From Candidatus Saccharimonadales bacterium (GTDB lineage Bacteria > Patescibacteriota > Saccharimonadia > Saccharimonadales > Saccharimonadaceae): a stretch of 53,247 bases of DNA. Positions 9,070 to 19,479 of this stretch are shown here, one piece after another. The translations under genes and the position numbers were made by a program. The notes under the pieces were generated by a model that worked only from the letters and a program-made list of their open reading frames with translations, was not told the DNA's origin and ran no database searches. The DNA lies in assembly GCA_036373975.1 (NCBI GenBank), contig DASUUR010000050.1, forward strand, positions 1-53,247, in the 5' to 3' direction. Numbering within the stretch: the first letter of the stretch is position 1; each line of letters starts with the position of its first letter.

Positions 9070-9546
9070 ATGATCGAATTTAACGAAGAGTTCATGAAGC
9101 GTGCAGTGAATTTGTCGCGCGAAGGAATGACACACGATAAAGGTGGCCCCTTTGGTGCGGTTGTAGTAAAAGATGGTGAGATTGTTGCTGAAGGTTATAA
9201 CCTAGTAACGTCAACCAATGACCCAACCGCACATGGTGAGATCGTGGCGATTCGCCGGGCCTGTGAAAAGCTACAAACCTTTCAGTTGGATGGCTGTGCA
9301 ATCTATACAAGCTGTGAACCATGCCCAATGTGTTTAGGCGCTATTTACTGGGCTCGACCAGCCATTGTGTACTACGCTAACTCTCGGAAAGATGCGGCCG
9401 TAATCGACTTTGACGATTCATTAATCTATGATGAACTGGTTATAGCGCCGACTGAGCGCTCAATACCGTTTATAAAGGTGTCGAATGAAGAGGCAATCAC
9501 CGTATTTAATGAATGGCATGATAAAACCAACCGGACTCTCTACTAG
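9070..9546 (+). CDS. nucleoside/guanine deaminase family protein (CMP/dCMP deaminase zinc-binding fold)
   Basis: HGEIVAIR (HAE-type) and CEPCPMCLGAIYW zinc motifs. The 158-aa size matches GuaD/TadA-like enzymes. Confidence 0.85.
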   Translation: MIEFNEEFMKRAVNLSREGMTHDKGGPFGAVVVKDGEIVAEGYNLVTSTNDPTAHGEIVAIRRACEKLQTFQLDGCAIYTSCEPCPMCLGAIYWARPAIVYYANSRKDAAVIDFDDSLIYDELVIAPTERSIPFIKVSNEEAITVFNEWHDKTNRTLY

Positions 9547-9554
9547 AACAAGCA

Positions 9555-9941
9555 ATGGACGATCAACTATCTATAACACAAGAACAATTTGAGGTAATTG
9601 TTGCTGAGGCTATTGATGCTATTCCTGAAAGGTACGCGCGTCGCCTCGAAAACGTGGCATTTGTAACGGCTGATGCGCCGACTCAAGAACAGCGCGACAA
9701 AATGCACTTACGCCACTACGAGACGCTATTTGGCCTGTATGAAGGCATTCCTCAAGTTGCGCGCGGTGCAAACTACAGCATGGTGCTGCCCGATAAAATC
9801 ACGATCTTTAAATTGCCGCTTACAAGTGCCTCGCGGAATCTTGATGAGCTCAGGGAGCGCACGCGCAAAACCGTATGGCACGAAGTGGCGCATCATTTTG
9901 GGCTTGACCACGACCAGATACACCAGCTTGGTGGCTCGTAG
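9555..9941 (+). CDS. zincin-like metallopeptidase family protein (DUF1025-like)
   Basis: C-terminal HEVAHHFG motif; 128 aa. Confidence 0.65.
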   Translation: MDDQLSITQEQFEVIVAEAIDAIPERYARRLENVAFVTADAPTQEQRDKMHLRHYETLFGLYEGIPQVARGANYSMVLPDKITIFKLPLTSASRNLDELRERTRKTVWHEVAHHFGLDHDQIHQLGGS

Positions 9942-10006
9942 ACCCCTGGCGAAATATCCCATTTGCGCTTATAATGAAGCCACTGAATAAAAAGGGGAGC
10001 AAAACT

Positions 10007-11170
10007 ATGCGTACATGGAAGGCTGCGGTACTCGCATTAGCGATTCTGCTTGTGCCGCTCATCGCAGGAGTTGGAATTGTCCAGGCAACCAGCTTTAAAC
10101 ACGGCGATGAAGTAAAGATTGGCAACAACGAAAAGATTGATCACTCTCTGTTCGTTGTAGGCGGTGATATTACCATCGAGGCTACAGTTGACGGCGATGT
10201 GTTCTGTGCTGGTCGCACAGTAACAATTACCGGCAAAGTGAATGGCGATGTGTTGTGTGCTGCTCAGACTATCCGTCTAAGCGGTGATGTTGAGGGCAAC
10301 GTTCGTGTGGCAGGAATGGACGTTGTGTTGAACGGGCGAGTGGCAAAAAGCGCCAGCATTGCCGCTCAATCGTTTAGTGTTGATAGCAAAGCCGTTGTAG
10401 GCCGCGACTTATCGGCTGCTGCTGCAACAGTGACTATGAATGGGTCTGTGCGCCGTGACATCACAATTACATCTGACGAAGCACAGGTGAACGGCAAGGT
10501 GGGTCGCGATGTTAGCGCGCTTGTTGATTCGTTAAGCCTCGGGAGCTCAGCAAATATAACGGGTGATGTGTATCACCATAGCTACAAAGACCTACGACGT
10601 GCCGACGGGGCAAAAGTGAGTGGCGAAATCAGTCGTCATACCCCACCAGAGACTGAAGCACAGCAGGTTAATGCTGGTACTATGCTAATGGACGCCTTTA
10701 TGGGATTCCTAATGGTGTTGCTAGTCGGCATAATTATCGCATTAGCAGCTCCACGTATGCTTCGTGGTCTTGTTGCGACTGCAGAAGCTAAGCCCGGTAT
10801 GGTGGCACTCACAGGCGCTGTGAGCTTGGCGACAATTCCGATTGTTATGATTCTAAGCTTCCTCACAATTGTAGGTATCCTCTTTGGTGGTATATTGCTT
10901 GTGGCTTCCATCTTGTTATTGATGGTCTCTACACCGCTTGCTGGTTACTTTGGGGCAAGCTTACTACTGCGTAATAAGTCAAACATACATCCAGTACTCA
11001 CTATGACTCTGGGCGTAGCTATCCTTAGTGTGCTCTACATGATTCCGTTCGTTAACTTCTTCGCGATTGTTGCTACTGCGGTCTTTGGCGTGGGTATGGT
11101 GGTGTACTCTGCGGTTCGCTACAACTTTGGCGAAAAACGCTCCAAGGCAAAATTGGTAAAATCCGTTTAA
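10007..11170 (+). CDS. membrane protein with bactofilin-like beta-helical repeat domain and C-terminal polytopic domain
   Basis: Signal/TM segment (AVLALAILLVPLIAGVGIVQA), then repeated G-D-V/I-x-I-x-G-x-V-x-G-D-V units, then about 5 hydrophobic helices. The start is set at the ATG at 10007, after AAGGGGAG. Confidence 0.6.
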   Translation: MRTWKAAVLALAILLVPLIAGVGIVQATSFKHGDEVKIGNNEKIDHSLFVVGGDITIEATVDGDVFCAGRTVTITGKVNGDVLCAAQTIRLSGDVEGNVRVAGMDVVLNGRVAKSASIAAQSFSVDSKAVVGRDLSAAAATVTMNGSVRRDITITSDEAQVNGKVGRDVSALVDSLSLGSSANITGDVYHHSYKDLRRADGAKVSGEISRHTPPETEAQQVNAGTMLMDAFMGFLMVLLVGIIIALAAPRMLRGLVATAEAKPGMVALTGAVSLATIPIVMILSFLTIVGILFGGILLVASILLLMVSTPLAGYFGASLLLRNKSNIHPVLTMTLGVAILSVLYMIPFVNFFAIVATAVFGVGMVVYSAVRYNFGEKRSKAKLVKSV

Positions 11171-11184
11171 CCAACTTGCACAGT

Positions 11185-11211
11185 AAAAAAGCCTCGTTTC
11201 GGGGCTTTTTT
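11185..11211 (+). terminator. rho-independent terminator
   Basis: A-run, GCCTC-gtttc-GGGGC stem, then a T-run. Confidence 0.7.
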
Positions 11212-11253
11212 ATATGAATTTTGTTTCACCGCCTCAAGTGGTACACTAGTCAT

Positions 11254-12561
11254 ATGTTGGATATCCGGTTTGTGCGTGAAAATGCCGCACGTGTGAAAGA
11301 ATTTAGTACCCAAAAAGGGTACGCTGTTGCTGTTGACGAAGTATTACGACTCGACGAAGAGCGGCGCGAGCTGCAACAAAAGGCCGATGAGCTCCGGGCG
11401 CGCCGCAACGATATAGCAGCCCACATGAAGAACGGCAAACCCGAACAGGCCTTAATCGATGAAGGAAAGCTGTTGAAAACTGAACTTGCCGAGGTTGAAG
11501 AGCGGTTTCGGGTTGTAGACACAGAATTCACGACCGCCTTAAAAGCCATACCTAACGCGCCACTCGCGGATGTTCCGGTGGGAGCAAGCGAAGATGAGAA
11601 TGTTGTTGCTAAGACGGTTGGAGGGTTGCCACAGTTTACTTTTGAGCCACAGAATCATGCCCAAATTGCCACAATGAACAATTGGCTCGATAAGGAGCGT
11701 GCCGCCAAAGTTGCTGGCAGTCGCTTCGCGTATCTCAAAGGTGATTTGGTGCGATTACAGTTCGCGCTTATACAATATATTATTGATAAATTGAGTGACC
11801 AATCATTCTTAGACGAGGTTATTGCAGAGAACGGCTTAACCGCAAGCAATAAACCATTCTTGCCCATCCTGCCACCATTAATGCTGCGTACCGAGCTATA
11901 CGATGCCATGGACCGCTTAGAGCCGCGCGATGACCGCTACAAAATTGAAGGTGAAGACCTATGGCTACAAGGGAGTGCCGAACACGTGCTGGGCAGTATG
12001 CACGCTGATGAGGTCTTCGAGGAGAAGGATCTACCAGTGCGGTACATCGGCTATGCCACCAGCTTCCGCCGCGAAGCCGGAACTTACGGCAAAGATATGG
12101 AAGGCATGTTCCGTATGCACCAGTTCGACAAGCTTGAGATGGAAAGCCTCACTGTTGCCGAAGATGGGCTTAACGAACATCTATTGCTCGTTGCCTTGCA
12201 AGAAAAGATCATGCAGCAACTGGGTATTCCGTACCAGGTGCTCCTAAAGTGCACTTTTGACATCGGTAAGCCGAATGCTCGCGGAGTGGATATCGAAGCA
12301 TGGCTGCCCGGGCAAGGTAAATACCGCGAAACACATACTGCTGACTACATGACCGACTACCAGTCGCGTCGCCTAAAAACTCGAGTGCGCCGGGCGACTG
12401 GTCAGGTTGAGCTTGTGCACACCAATGATGCAACAGCCCTACCGCTGAGCCGTGGACCAATTGCCATCATTGAGAACTATCAGAACGAGGATGGCACGGT
12501 GCGCGTCCCCGAGGTGCTGCGCCCATATCTTGGCGGCCAATCCATTCTAAAATCCGTCTAA
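11254..12561 (+). CDS. serS: serine--tRNA ligase
   Basis: MLDIRFVRENA N-terminus, coiled-coil arm, FRREAGTYGKDMEGMFRMHQFDKLE motif 2. The ORF-track TTG at 11221 is probably too early. Confidence 0.95.
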   Translation: MLDIRFVRENAARVKEFSTQKGYAVAVDEVLRLDEERRELQQKADELRARRNDIAAHMKNGKPEQALIDEGKLLKTELAEVEERFRVVDTEFTTALKAIPNAPLADVPVGASEDENVVAKTVGGLPQFTFEPQNHAQIATMNNWLDKERAAKVAGSRFAYLKGDLVRLQFALIQYIIDKLSDQSFLDEVIAENGLTASNKPFLPILPPLMLRTELYDAMDRLEPRDDRYKIEGEDLWLQGSAEHVLGSMHADEVFEEKDLPVRYIGYATSFRREAGTYGKDMEGMFRMHQFDKLEMESLTVAEDGLNEHLLLVALQEKIMQQLGIPYQVLLKCTFDIGKPNARGVDIEAWLPGQGKYRETHTADYMTDYQSRRLKTRVRRATGQVELVHTNDATALPLSRGPIAIIENYQNEDGTVRVPEVLRPYLGGQSILKSV

Positions 12562-12609
12562 ACACGTTATACTATAAGTACCAGTACTTTTCACAAAAAG
12601 GAGGTTACT

Positions 12610-12978
12610 ATGATTGCACATCTCGATATTTCTGGGGTGAAATACGACATCGATGGAACGACTCGTCGCTATGTTGTGGGCAAAATTGGCAGCCTCGATC
12701 GGTATTTGCCGCGTCATGCTCGCAAGAGTGTAACTGCAGAGGTGAAGCTCAAAGAAGTTAACCGTAGCAATGGCAACAAATACGAGTGTGAAGTTATTCT
12801 CCATGTACCCGAGCATGCCATACTTGCAAAAGATTCTACCGTTAACATGCTGGCCGCAGTAGACATTGTTGAAGAAAAGCTTAAGAACCAGCTTAAAAAA
12901 TATAAATCCGAACGAATCACCCAGCGTGGCGCGCATGGGGTATTGAGTCGTTTAAAGCGTAGCTTCCAACGTAGCTAA
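12610..12978 (+). CDS. hpf: ribosome hibernation promoting factor (HPF/RaiA family)
   Basis: 122 aa with the HPF-like pattern (YVVGKIGSLDRYL ... EVILHVP ... AAVDIVEEKLKNQLKKYK). AAAGGAGG SD. Its position upstream of secA matches Firmicutes. Confidence 0.85.
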   Translation: MIAHLDISGVKYDIDGTTRRYVVGKIGSLDRYLPRHARKSVTAEVKLKEVNRSNGNKYECEVILHVPEHAILAKDSTVNMLAAVDIVEEKLKNQLKKYKSERITQRGAHGVLSRLKRSFQRS

Positions 12979-13107
12979 GGACGGCGCTAGTACGGGGGCT
13001 GAATAGCGGCAGGAGTTTCTTGCTGCTTGTAGATTGTCTCGGTGGGCAAAACGGCGTATAGTAGAATGTGATTGAAATACTGATAGTGCATAAGAGGGGA
13101 ATTCTGG

Positions 13108-15699
13108 ATGAAAAAAGCGCTCACCAAGGTTTTTGGCGATCCACAAGCGCGCACATTGAAGCGTCTGAAAAAACAGGTTGCTGCCATCAACAATCTGGCC
13201 GATACCTACAAGCAAATGAAAGAGGCCGAACTTAAAAAGCAAACGGCTGTATTAAAGGAACGGTTGGCTAAAAAAGGGACTACTGTTGATAGCCTATTGC
13301 CTGACGCATTTGCGCTGGTACGCGAAGCAGCAGACCGCAAGCTGAAGATGCGCCATTTTGATGTGCAGTTGATTGGTGGCATGGCCTTACACGAAGGTAA
13401 TGTGGCTGAAATGAAGACCGGTGAAGGTAAGACGCTTGTTGCGACACTACCGACCTATCTAAATGCCCTAACAGGTAGGGGCGTGCATGTGGTTACGGTT
13501 AATGACTACTTGGCGCAGCGTGATGCCGGGTGGATGGGCGCGCTCTATGACTATCTTGGCTTAACGACTGGTGTCATAATTAACGACGCATCGTTTATAT
13601 ATGACGCAAAGTACGATAACGACGCGCACGACGACCCGCGTATGCGCAAGCTGCGCCCAGCAACTCGCAAAGAGGCCTATGCCGCTGACATCACCTACGG
13701 CACGAACAATGAGTTCGGGTTCGATTACCTGCGTGATAACATGGTTAACGATGTTTCGCTGCTGCGTCAGCGAGAACTCCATTTTGCGATTGTTGACGAA
13801 GTTGACTCAATCTTAATCGATGAAGCACGTACGCCACTTATTATTTCTGCGCAAGCAGCCGAAAGCCCAGAAGCCTATAACCAATTTGCAAAAATTGCCG
13901 CACAACTTGTACCCGAAGACTACGTGCTTGACGAAAAACGTCGCAGTGTTTCACTCACCGACAACGGTGTTGAAAAAGTCGAGAAAATGCTCGGTATAAA
14001 AAACTTGTACAGCCCTGACGCCGTCCGATCGGTGTACCACATGGATCAGGCGCTGCGGGCTGAAACGCTCTTTAAGCGAGATAAAGACTATGTGATCAGC
14101 TCTGACAAAGAGGTGATTATCGTTGATGAGTTCACTGGTCGTCTTATGCAGGGGCGGCGCTACAGCGAAGGTCTGCACCAAGCGATTGAAGCGAAAGAGG
14201 GCGTTCCAGTACTGCAAGAGAATATGACTCTGGCAACGATCTCATTCCAAAATTATTTCCGCTTATACGACAAATTATCGGGTATGACCGGTACCGCCTA
14301 CACAGAGGCCGAAGAGTTCCAGCAGGTATATGGGCTCGATGTTATCCAGATTCCATCGAACAAGCCGGTTATTCGCGAGGATCGCACAGATCTGATCTTC
14401 CGTACGGAAAAGGCAAAAGTGGCCGCAATAGTCCAGGCAGTCAAGGAACATCAGGCTGCAGGACGGCCAGTGCTTATTGGTACCGCTTCGATTGCCAAAA
14501 ACGACCTCATTAGTCGGGCACTCGACAAGGCGGGTGTAAAGCACGAGCAGCTCAACGCCAAGAACAACGAGCGAGAAGCTGCAATCGTGGCTCAAGCGGG
14601 GCAAAAAGGTTCTGTAACTCTGGCCACCAACATTGCGGGCCGTGGCACCGATATCGTGCTGGGCGAAGGCGTACGAGAGCTCGGTGGCTTAGTTGTGATT
14701 GGTTCTGAACGCCATGAATCTCGCCGTATTGATAACCAGCTGCGTGGTCGCGGTGGTCGCCAGGGTGACCCTGGTGTAACGCAGTTCTACGTGAGTACCG
14801 AAGACGATCTAATGCGTATTTTCCAGGGTGAGCGGGTCGCGGCGCTTATGACGCGTCTTGGTGTCGATGATGACACGCCAATCCAAAACCGTGCAATTAG
14901 TAAAACACTTGAATCAGCCCAGAAACGAGTCGAAGGATACAATTTCGATTCGCGCAAGAATGTTGTTCAGTATGACGATGTGATCAATCGCCATCGCCGC
15001 GCGGTATACACGATACGTCGCAATATTCTTGAAGGCAAAGATATCAAGCCAGAAATTGATAAGCTCATTGCTACAGCACTAGGGGAGCTTGTTCGCGTGC
15101 CGATTAAGAATAATCCTAAGTTTATTCAAGAGTTTGAGGCAATCTTCCCACTCGATACAGACACCATCAAGAAGTTTGGTGGCGAAAAGAAAGATAAGCT
15201 ACGCTTAGAGCTTGCCCAGAAGGCAGTTGACGACTTCTATACAACTAAGGAAGAAGAAATCGGCGCAGACCACATGCGCACAGTTGAGCGCGAGGTCTAC
15301 ATTCAGGTACTCGACACCCTCTGGATGCAGCACCTCGAGAACATGCAACATCTTCGCGAGGGTATTCACTGGCGCGGTATGGGGCAGCGTGATCCACTGG
15401 TAGAGTATCGTCAGGAGTCCCAAAAGCTGTTTGAATCGCTGCAGGCGACACTTCGCGATGAAGTTATCCGGGCTGTTCTGCACGTGCGTAAATCTGACTT
15501 GAACCTTCAAGATGAAAAATACGGCACAGAGCTGACTCGGGCAGCCGAAAGTGCAGTGGAACTCGGCGTTAATGAGATAACCAGTGGCGAAAAAGAGGTC
15601 AGCTTTACGGTTAAAAAAGCTTCCGATGCCAAGCATAAAAAGGCAACCAAAACGAAAAAACGCAAGGCCGAACGCCAGAATCGCAAGAAAAACCGTTAA
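13108..15699 (+). CDS. secA: preprotein translocase ATPase SecA
   Basis: MKTGEGKTLV Walker A, DEVDSILIDEARTPLIIS, TNIAGRGTDI; 863 aa. Confidence 0.97.
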   Translation: MKKALTKVFGDPQARTLKRLKKQVAAINNLADTYKQMKEAELKKQTAVLKERLAKKGTTVDSLLPDAFALVREAADRKLKMRHFDVQLIGGMALHEGNVAEMKTGEGKTLVATLPTYLNALTGRGVHVVTVNDYLAQRDAGWMGALYDYLGLTTGVIINDASFIYDAKYDNDAHDDPRMRKLRPATRKEAYAADITYGTNNEFGFDYLRDNMVNDVSLLRQRELHFAIVDEVDSILIDEARTPLIISAQAAESPEAYNQFAKIAAQLVPEDYVLDEKRRSVSLTDNGVEKVEKMLGIKNLYSPDAVRSVYHMDQALRAETLFKRDKDYVISSDKEVIIVDEFTGRLMQGRRYSEGLHQAIEAKEGVPVLQENMTLATISFQNYFRLYDKLSGMTGTAYTEAEEFQQVYGLDVIQIPSNKPVIREDRTDLIFRTEKAKVAAIVQAVKEHQAAGRPVLIGTASIAKNDLISRALDKAGVKHEQLNAKNNEREAAIVAQAGQKGSVTLATNIAGRGTDIVLGEGVRELGGLVVIGSERHESRRIDNQLRGRGGRQGDPGVTQFYVSTEDDLMRIFQGERVAALMTRLGVDDDTPIQNRAISKTLESAQKRVEGYNFDSRKNVVQYDDVINRHRRAVYTIRRNILEGKDIKPEIDKLIATALGELVRVPIKNNPKFIQEFEAIFPLDTDTIKKFGGEKKDKLRLELAQKAVDDFYTTKEEEIGADHMRTVEREVYIQVLDTLWMQHLENMQHLREGIHWRGMGQRDPLVEYRQESQKLFESLQATLRDEVIRAVLHVRKSDLNLQDEKYGTELTRAAESAVELGVNEITSGEKEVSFTVKKASDAKHKKATKTKKRKAERQNRKKNR

Positions 15700-15726
15700 G
15701 CAAAGTCGTAAACAAAGGACTATCTC

Positions 15727-17013
15727 TTGAAACACACCGTTACCGAAGTTAAGTTAAAAAACGGCGCAAAAGGTTTGTTAATCGATGTACCGGGCGCTAC
15801 CGTTATGAGCTTCCAGTTCCAGTTTCGCGCTGGTAGCCGCTTTGCGCGCAACAAAGATATTTACGAAACAGCGCATATTATGGAGCATATGGCATTTGGG
15901 GCCAACGCTCGTTACAAAGATGAACATGCCTACGAGGCCGAATTCACTAAGAACGGTGCCTATCATAACGCCTACACTAGTGATTACAGCATGGTCTACG
16001 TGAGCGATTGTGCGGATTTTGAATGGGATCGTATTCTCGATTTACAGCAGCTCGCAATTGCCGAGCCACGGTTTAACGAAGATTCGCTGACATCCGAAAG
16101 CGGCAATGTCCGCAGCGAGCTAACTGGCTATTTAAACAACCACAACCGCGTACTCTGGCCAAAGATGCAACAAGTCCTTGGTGAAAATGTGCTTACGTAC
16201 CAGCAGCGTCTTAAAACTATTGGTAATGTTACTCTCGATGATATTCGCGAGCACTACGCTCGCACGCATGGGAGTGAAAACTTGCGGTTTGTGATTGCCG
16301 GAAAACTACATGGGCGTAAAAAACGCCTTATGGAGCTACTCGAAAACTGGAAACTTAAAGAAGGCAAGCGCCTTGAGATCCCGGTGGATACACTGAGCCC
16401 AACCACAAAACCCCTCTTAATCTCAAAAAAGGAAGCGCCCAATCTAACTTTTGGCTGGTCAATGAACATCTCGCGCCGTCTGAGCGATAAAGAAATCGAT
16501 GCCATGGCTTGCGCCGATCATATTCTTACGGGTACATTGTTTTCGCGCATTTACGGCACGGCCCGCAAAAAGGGTCTGGTGTACAGCATTTTTTCTGATA
16601 CATCAGCATATGAACATACCAGTTCTTGGGACTTTGGCGCACAGGTAAACCTTGATACTGCCGAGGGGCTGATGGATATCATTGTCAAAGAAGTAAAAGG
16701 CCTACTTAAGGGCGAGATCACAGAAGATGAAATTGCGGCCGCCAAACAATACGCGCTCGGTCGCCACCAAATGGGTGCCCAGACTGTCGGCCAAATTAAT
16801 AACTGGTATGCAAATCGTTATTTCTTTGACGACACTGTTGAAAGCTACGATTCACGTCCGCGTGCCATTAATGCAATTACCAAAGATACTATTACAAATG
16901 TGGCCCAAGAATTCGTAAAAAATCAGTGCTGGCTACTTGGTGGTATAGGTAGCGCCGACAAAGAGCTGCTGGAACGCCTGCACGCTAAGATTAATCCGCT
17001 TTTTGAGGAGTAG
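15727..17013 (+). CDS. M16 family (pitrilysin/insulinase-like) metallopeptidase
   Basis: HxxEH zinc motif (HIMEH) near the N-terminus; 428 aa; TTG start. Confidence 0.85.
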   Translation: MKHTVTEVKLKNGAKGLLIDVPGATVMSFQFQFRAGSRFARNKDIYETAHIMEHMAFGANARYKDEHAYEAEFTKNGAYHNAYTSDYSMVYVSDCADFEWDRILDLQQLAIAEPRFNEDSLTSESGNVRSELTGYLNNHNRVLWPKMQQVLGENVLTYQQRLKTIGNVTLDDIREHYARTHGSENLRFVIAGKLHGRKKRLMELLENWKLKEGKRLEIPVDTLSPTTKPLLISKKEAPNLTFGWSMNISRRLSDKEIDAMACADHILTGTLFSRIYGTARKKGLVYSIFSDTSAYEHTSSWDFGAQVNLDTAEGLMDIIVKEVKGLLKGEITEDEIAAAKQYALGRHQMGAQTVGQINNWYANRYFFDDTVESYDSRPRAINAITKDTITNVAQEFVKNQCWLLGGIGSADKELLERLHAKINPLFEE

Positions 17014-17014
17014 T

Positions 17015-18307
17015 ATGAAGATTGCGCTGCTTGGCTATGGAGTCGAAGGGAAAAGTGCATACACTTTTTTGTCGGCAAAATATCCCCAAGCGCAGTTCAC
17101 GGTTTACGACGAGAACACTAGCCCCAGTTTGCAGCTCCCCCCCGGTGTGCAATTTGTGGGCGGCCAACAGGATTTTCACGATATTGCAGCAGACTATATT
17201 GTTCGTACTCCAGCAATCCATCCAGACCGAGTCAGTGGGAGCGGGGAAGTTACATCAGTAACAAAACTTTTTTTCGCTGAATGTCCGGCGCATATCATTG
17301 GCGTAACCGGGAGCAAAGGCAAAGGAACGACTGCCAGCTTCATCACGAGTATCCTGCGCGCCGCAGGTAAAACCGTGCATTTATTGGGCAATATTGGTCT
17401 CGCTGCCCTTGATGAGCTACCTAAGATAACTAAAGACGACATTGTTGTGTATGAGCTTAGTAGCTATCAGCTTTGGGATATGACGCAGTCACCACCAACC
17501 GCCGTAGTGCTCATGATTGAGGCTGACCATCTAGATGTCCACGGCACAATGGATGATTATATTGCCGCTAAGGCAAATATTGGACGGTTCCAAACGCCCG
17601 AAGACCGTATGATTTTCTACGCTTCAAATGAGAATACAGCGTCGATCGCTCAATTGTCGCCAGCACAAAAAGTGCCGTACCCTACGTCCGACGGTTTTTA
17701 TATTAACGACGGTAATTTTTGGAATAATACAAAGATTATTTGCAGTACCGATAGCGTACAGTTGCCCGCATACCACAACCTCGAGAACGCACTTGCAGCA
17801 ATAATTGCGGTACAGCCCTGGGTGACAGACGGACAAATTATTGCAAAAGGGCTGTCAAATTTTCACGGTTTACCGCACCGTCTAAAGTACGTCGATACCA
17901 TACAAGGTGTCGCATATTTCGACGATAGCATCGCTACCATACCCGGGGCAGTCACCGCTGCCATAAAGGCATTTGCAGAGCCCAAGGTGCTCATTTTAGG
18001 TGGTACCGCAAAAGTCCAGGACTTTACGCAGCTTGCAGCCGAATTATCGCAACAAACAATCCGCAAAGTTTTACTTATTGGGCGCGACGGGGGTATGATT
18101 GCCAGCTCTTTAGATAGGGCAGGCGTCAAAAATTACGAGCTGCTCAGCTCGGCAACTATGCCCCAAATTGTAGATAAGGCGGCGCAAGTAGCACAGCCAG
18201 GCGATGTGGTGTTGCTCAGCCCCGCATGTGCTAGCTATGACATGTTTGAGAACTATAAAGACCGCGGTGACCAGTTTATTGCAGCCGTTAAGGCGCTCGC
18301 TAAATAA
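17015..18307 (+). CDS. murD: UDP-N-acetylmuramoylalanine--D-glutamate ligase
   Basis: GVTGSKGKGTT P-loop and the C-terminal SPACASYDMFENYKDRGDQF motif typical of MurD. The ATG at 17015 follows GAGGAG. Confidence 0.85.
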   Translation: MKIALLGYGVEGKSAYTFLSAKYPQAQFTVYDENTSPSLQLPPGVQFVGGQQDFHDIAADYIVRTPAIHPDRVSGSGEVTSVTKLFFAECPAHIIGVTGSKGKGTTASFITSILRAAGKTVHLLGNIGLAALDELPKITKDDIVVYELSSYQLWDMTQSPPTAVVLMIEADHLDVHGTMDDYIAAKANIGRFQTPEDRMIFYASNENTASIAQLSPAQKVPYPTSDGFYINDGNFWNNTKIICSTDSVQLPAYHNLENALAAIIAVQPWVTDGQIIAKGLSNFHGLPHRLKYVDTIQGVAYFDDSIATIPGAVTAAIKAFAEPKVLILGGTAKVQDFTQLAAELSQQTIRKVLLIGRDGGMIASSLDRAGVKNYELLSSATMPQIVDKAAQVAQPGDVVLLSPACASYDMFENYKDRGDQFIAAVKALAK

Positions 18308-18332
18308 GTGTATGGCCCGTATAATTTAAGAT

Positions 18333-19409
18333 ATGCAGCCGCTAATTAAACGGAGTCAGGAGTTAAGTGAAGCCATCGAACGGGCCTATTCTCAGCTAGC
18401 TATTGAAGAACGACTATCTGAGCAACAGCAACTTGAGCATGAGCTATCTCAGCCAGACATCTGGCACAATCCACAGATTGCACAGGCCAAAAGTAAGCAA
18501 TTGGCGGCGAACAAGAGCCTTACAGATCCGTGGGTCACATTACGCGCTCAGGCTCAGGACATTAGCGAACTTATGCAGCTGGGCGATGCAAGCATGCTCG
18601 GTGAATTTACGCAGCAGATTGAGGCACTTGAGGAAGAGTTTGCACAGCTCAGGAAGCAGCTGCTCCTTGGCCAGCCCTACGACGATCACAATGCTATCCT
18701 GCGCCTTAGCGCTGGGGCGGGCGGCACCGATGCGCAAGATTGGACACAAATGCTTGAGCGCATGTATGTCCGCTGGGCCGAAAAAAACAACCTGGCAACC
18801 CAGGTTGTTGAACGCTCTCCAGGCGAAGAAGCAGGGCTTAAGAGCAGTGTTATCGAAATAAATGGCCCCTATGCTTACGGCAAGCTTAAGGGTGAGCATG
18901 GTGTACACCGCCTAGTGCGTCTCAGCCCGTTTAACGCCGACAACCTGCGTCAAACTAGTTTTGCCTTAGTTGAAGTGTTGCCCCAGATTGAAGCGCCCGA
19001 CGAAGTGCAGATCGATGACAAGGATCTTAAAATTGATGTATTCAGGGCTGGTGGGCATGGGGGTCAAAGCGTTAATACGACTGATTCAGCAGTAAGGGTG
19101 ACACACCTTCCAACTGGCATCGTTATTAGTATTCAAAACGAACGTTCGCAACTCCAAAACAAAGAAACGGCCCTCAAGATGCTTCGCTCTAAACTGGCTC
19201 AATTACAGATTGAGCAGCATAAAGAAACACTCGATGACCTCAAGGGCCCCACAAAATCCGCCGAGTGGGGGAGCCAAATTCGTAATTATGTGCTGCACCC
19301 CTATACACTGGTAAAAGATACACGCACAGGTTACGAGGTACGCGACGCTCAAAAGGTGCTCGATGGAGATATAGATGGGTTCTCCGAAGCTTTTCTTGAG
19401 CAACTATAG
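18333..19409 (+). CDS. prfB: peptide chain release factor 2 (uninterrupted ORF, no programmed frameshift)
   Basis: SPF tripeptide (RLSPFN) and GGQ (AGGHGGQSVN); 358 aa in a single frame. Confidence 0.95.
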   Translation: MQPLIKRSQELSEAIERAYSQLAIEERLSEQQQLEHELSQPDIWHNPQIAQAKSKQLAANKSLTDPWVTLRAQAQDISELMQLGDASMLGEFTQQIEALEEEFAQLRKQLLLGQPYDDHNAILRLSAGAGGTDAQDWTQMLERMYVRWAEKNNLATQVVERSPGEEAGLKSSVIEINGPYAYGKLKGEHGVHRLVRLSPFNADNLRQTSFALVEVLPQIEAPDEVQIDDKDLKIDVFRAGGHGGQSVNTTDSAVRVTHLPTGIVISIQNERSQLQNKETALKMLRSKLAQLQIEQHKETLDDLKGPTKSAEWGSQIRNYVLHPYTLVKDTRTGYEVRDAQKVLDGDIDGFSEAFLEQL

Positions 19410-19479
19410 CGTATCTAATAATTTATGATATAATATATTTTGATCTGTTCGACACACCGATTTGAATAGAGGTGAAAAC

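Noticed and set aside
15205-15735. 176-aa minus-strand ORF at the secA 3' end
   Set aside because: It lies entirely antisense to the conserved secA coding sequence, so it is a shadow ORF.
18333-19409. Looked for the programmed +1 frameshift site (CTT TGA C) common in prfB
   Set aside because: The RF2 ORF is continuous from its ATG, with SPF and GGQ in one frame, so no frameshift is needed here.
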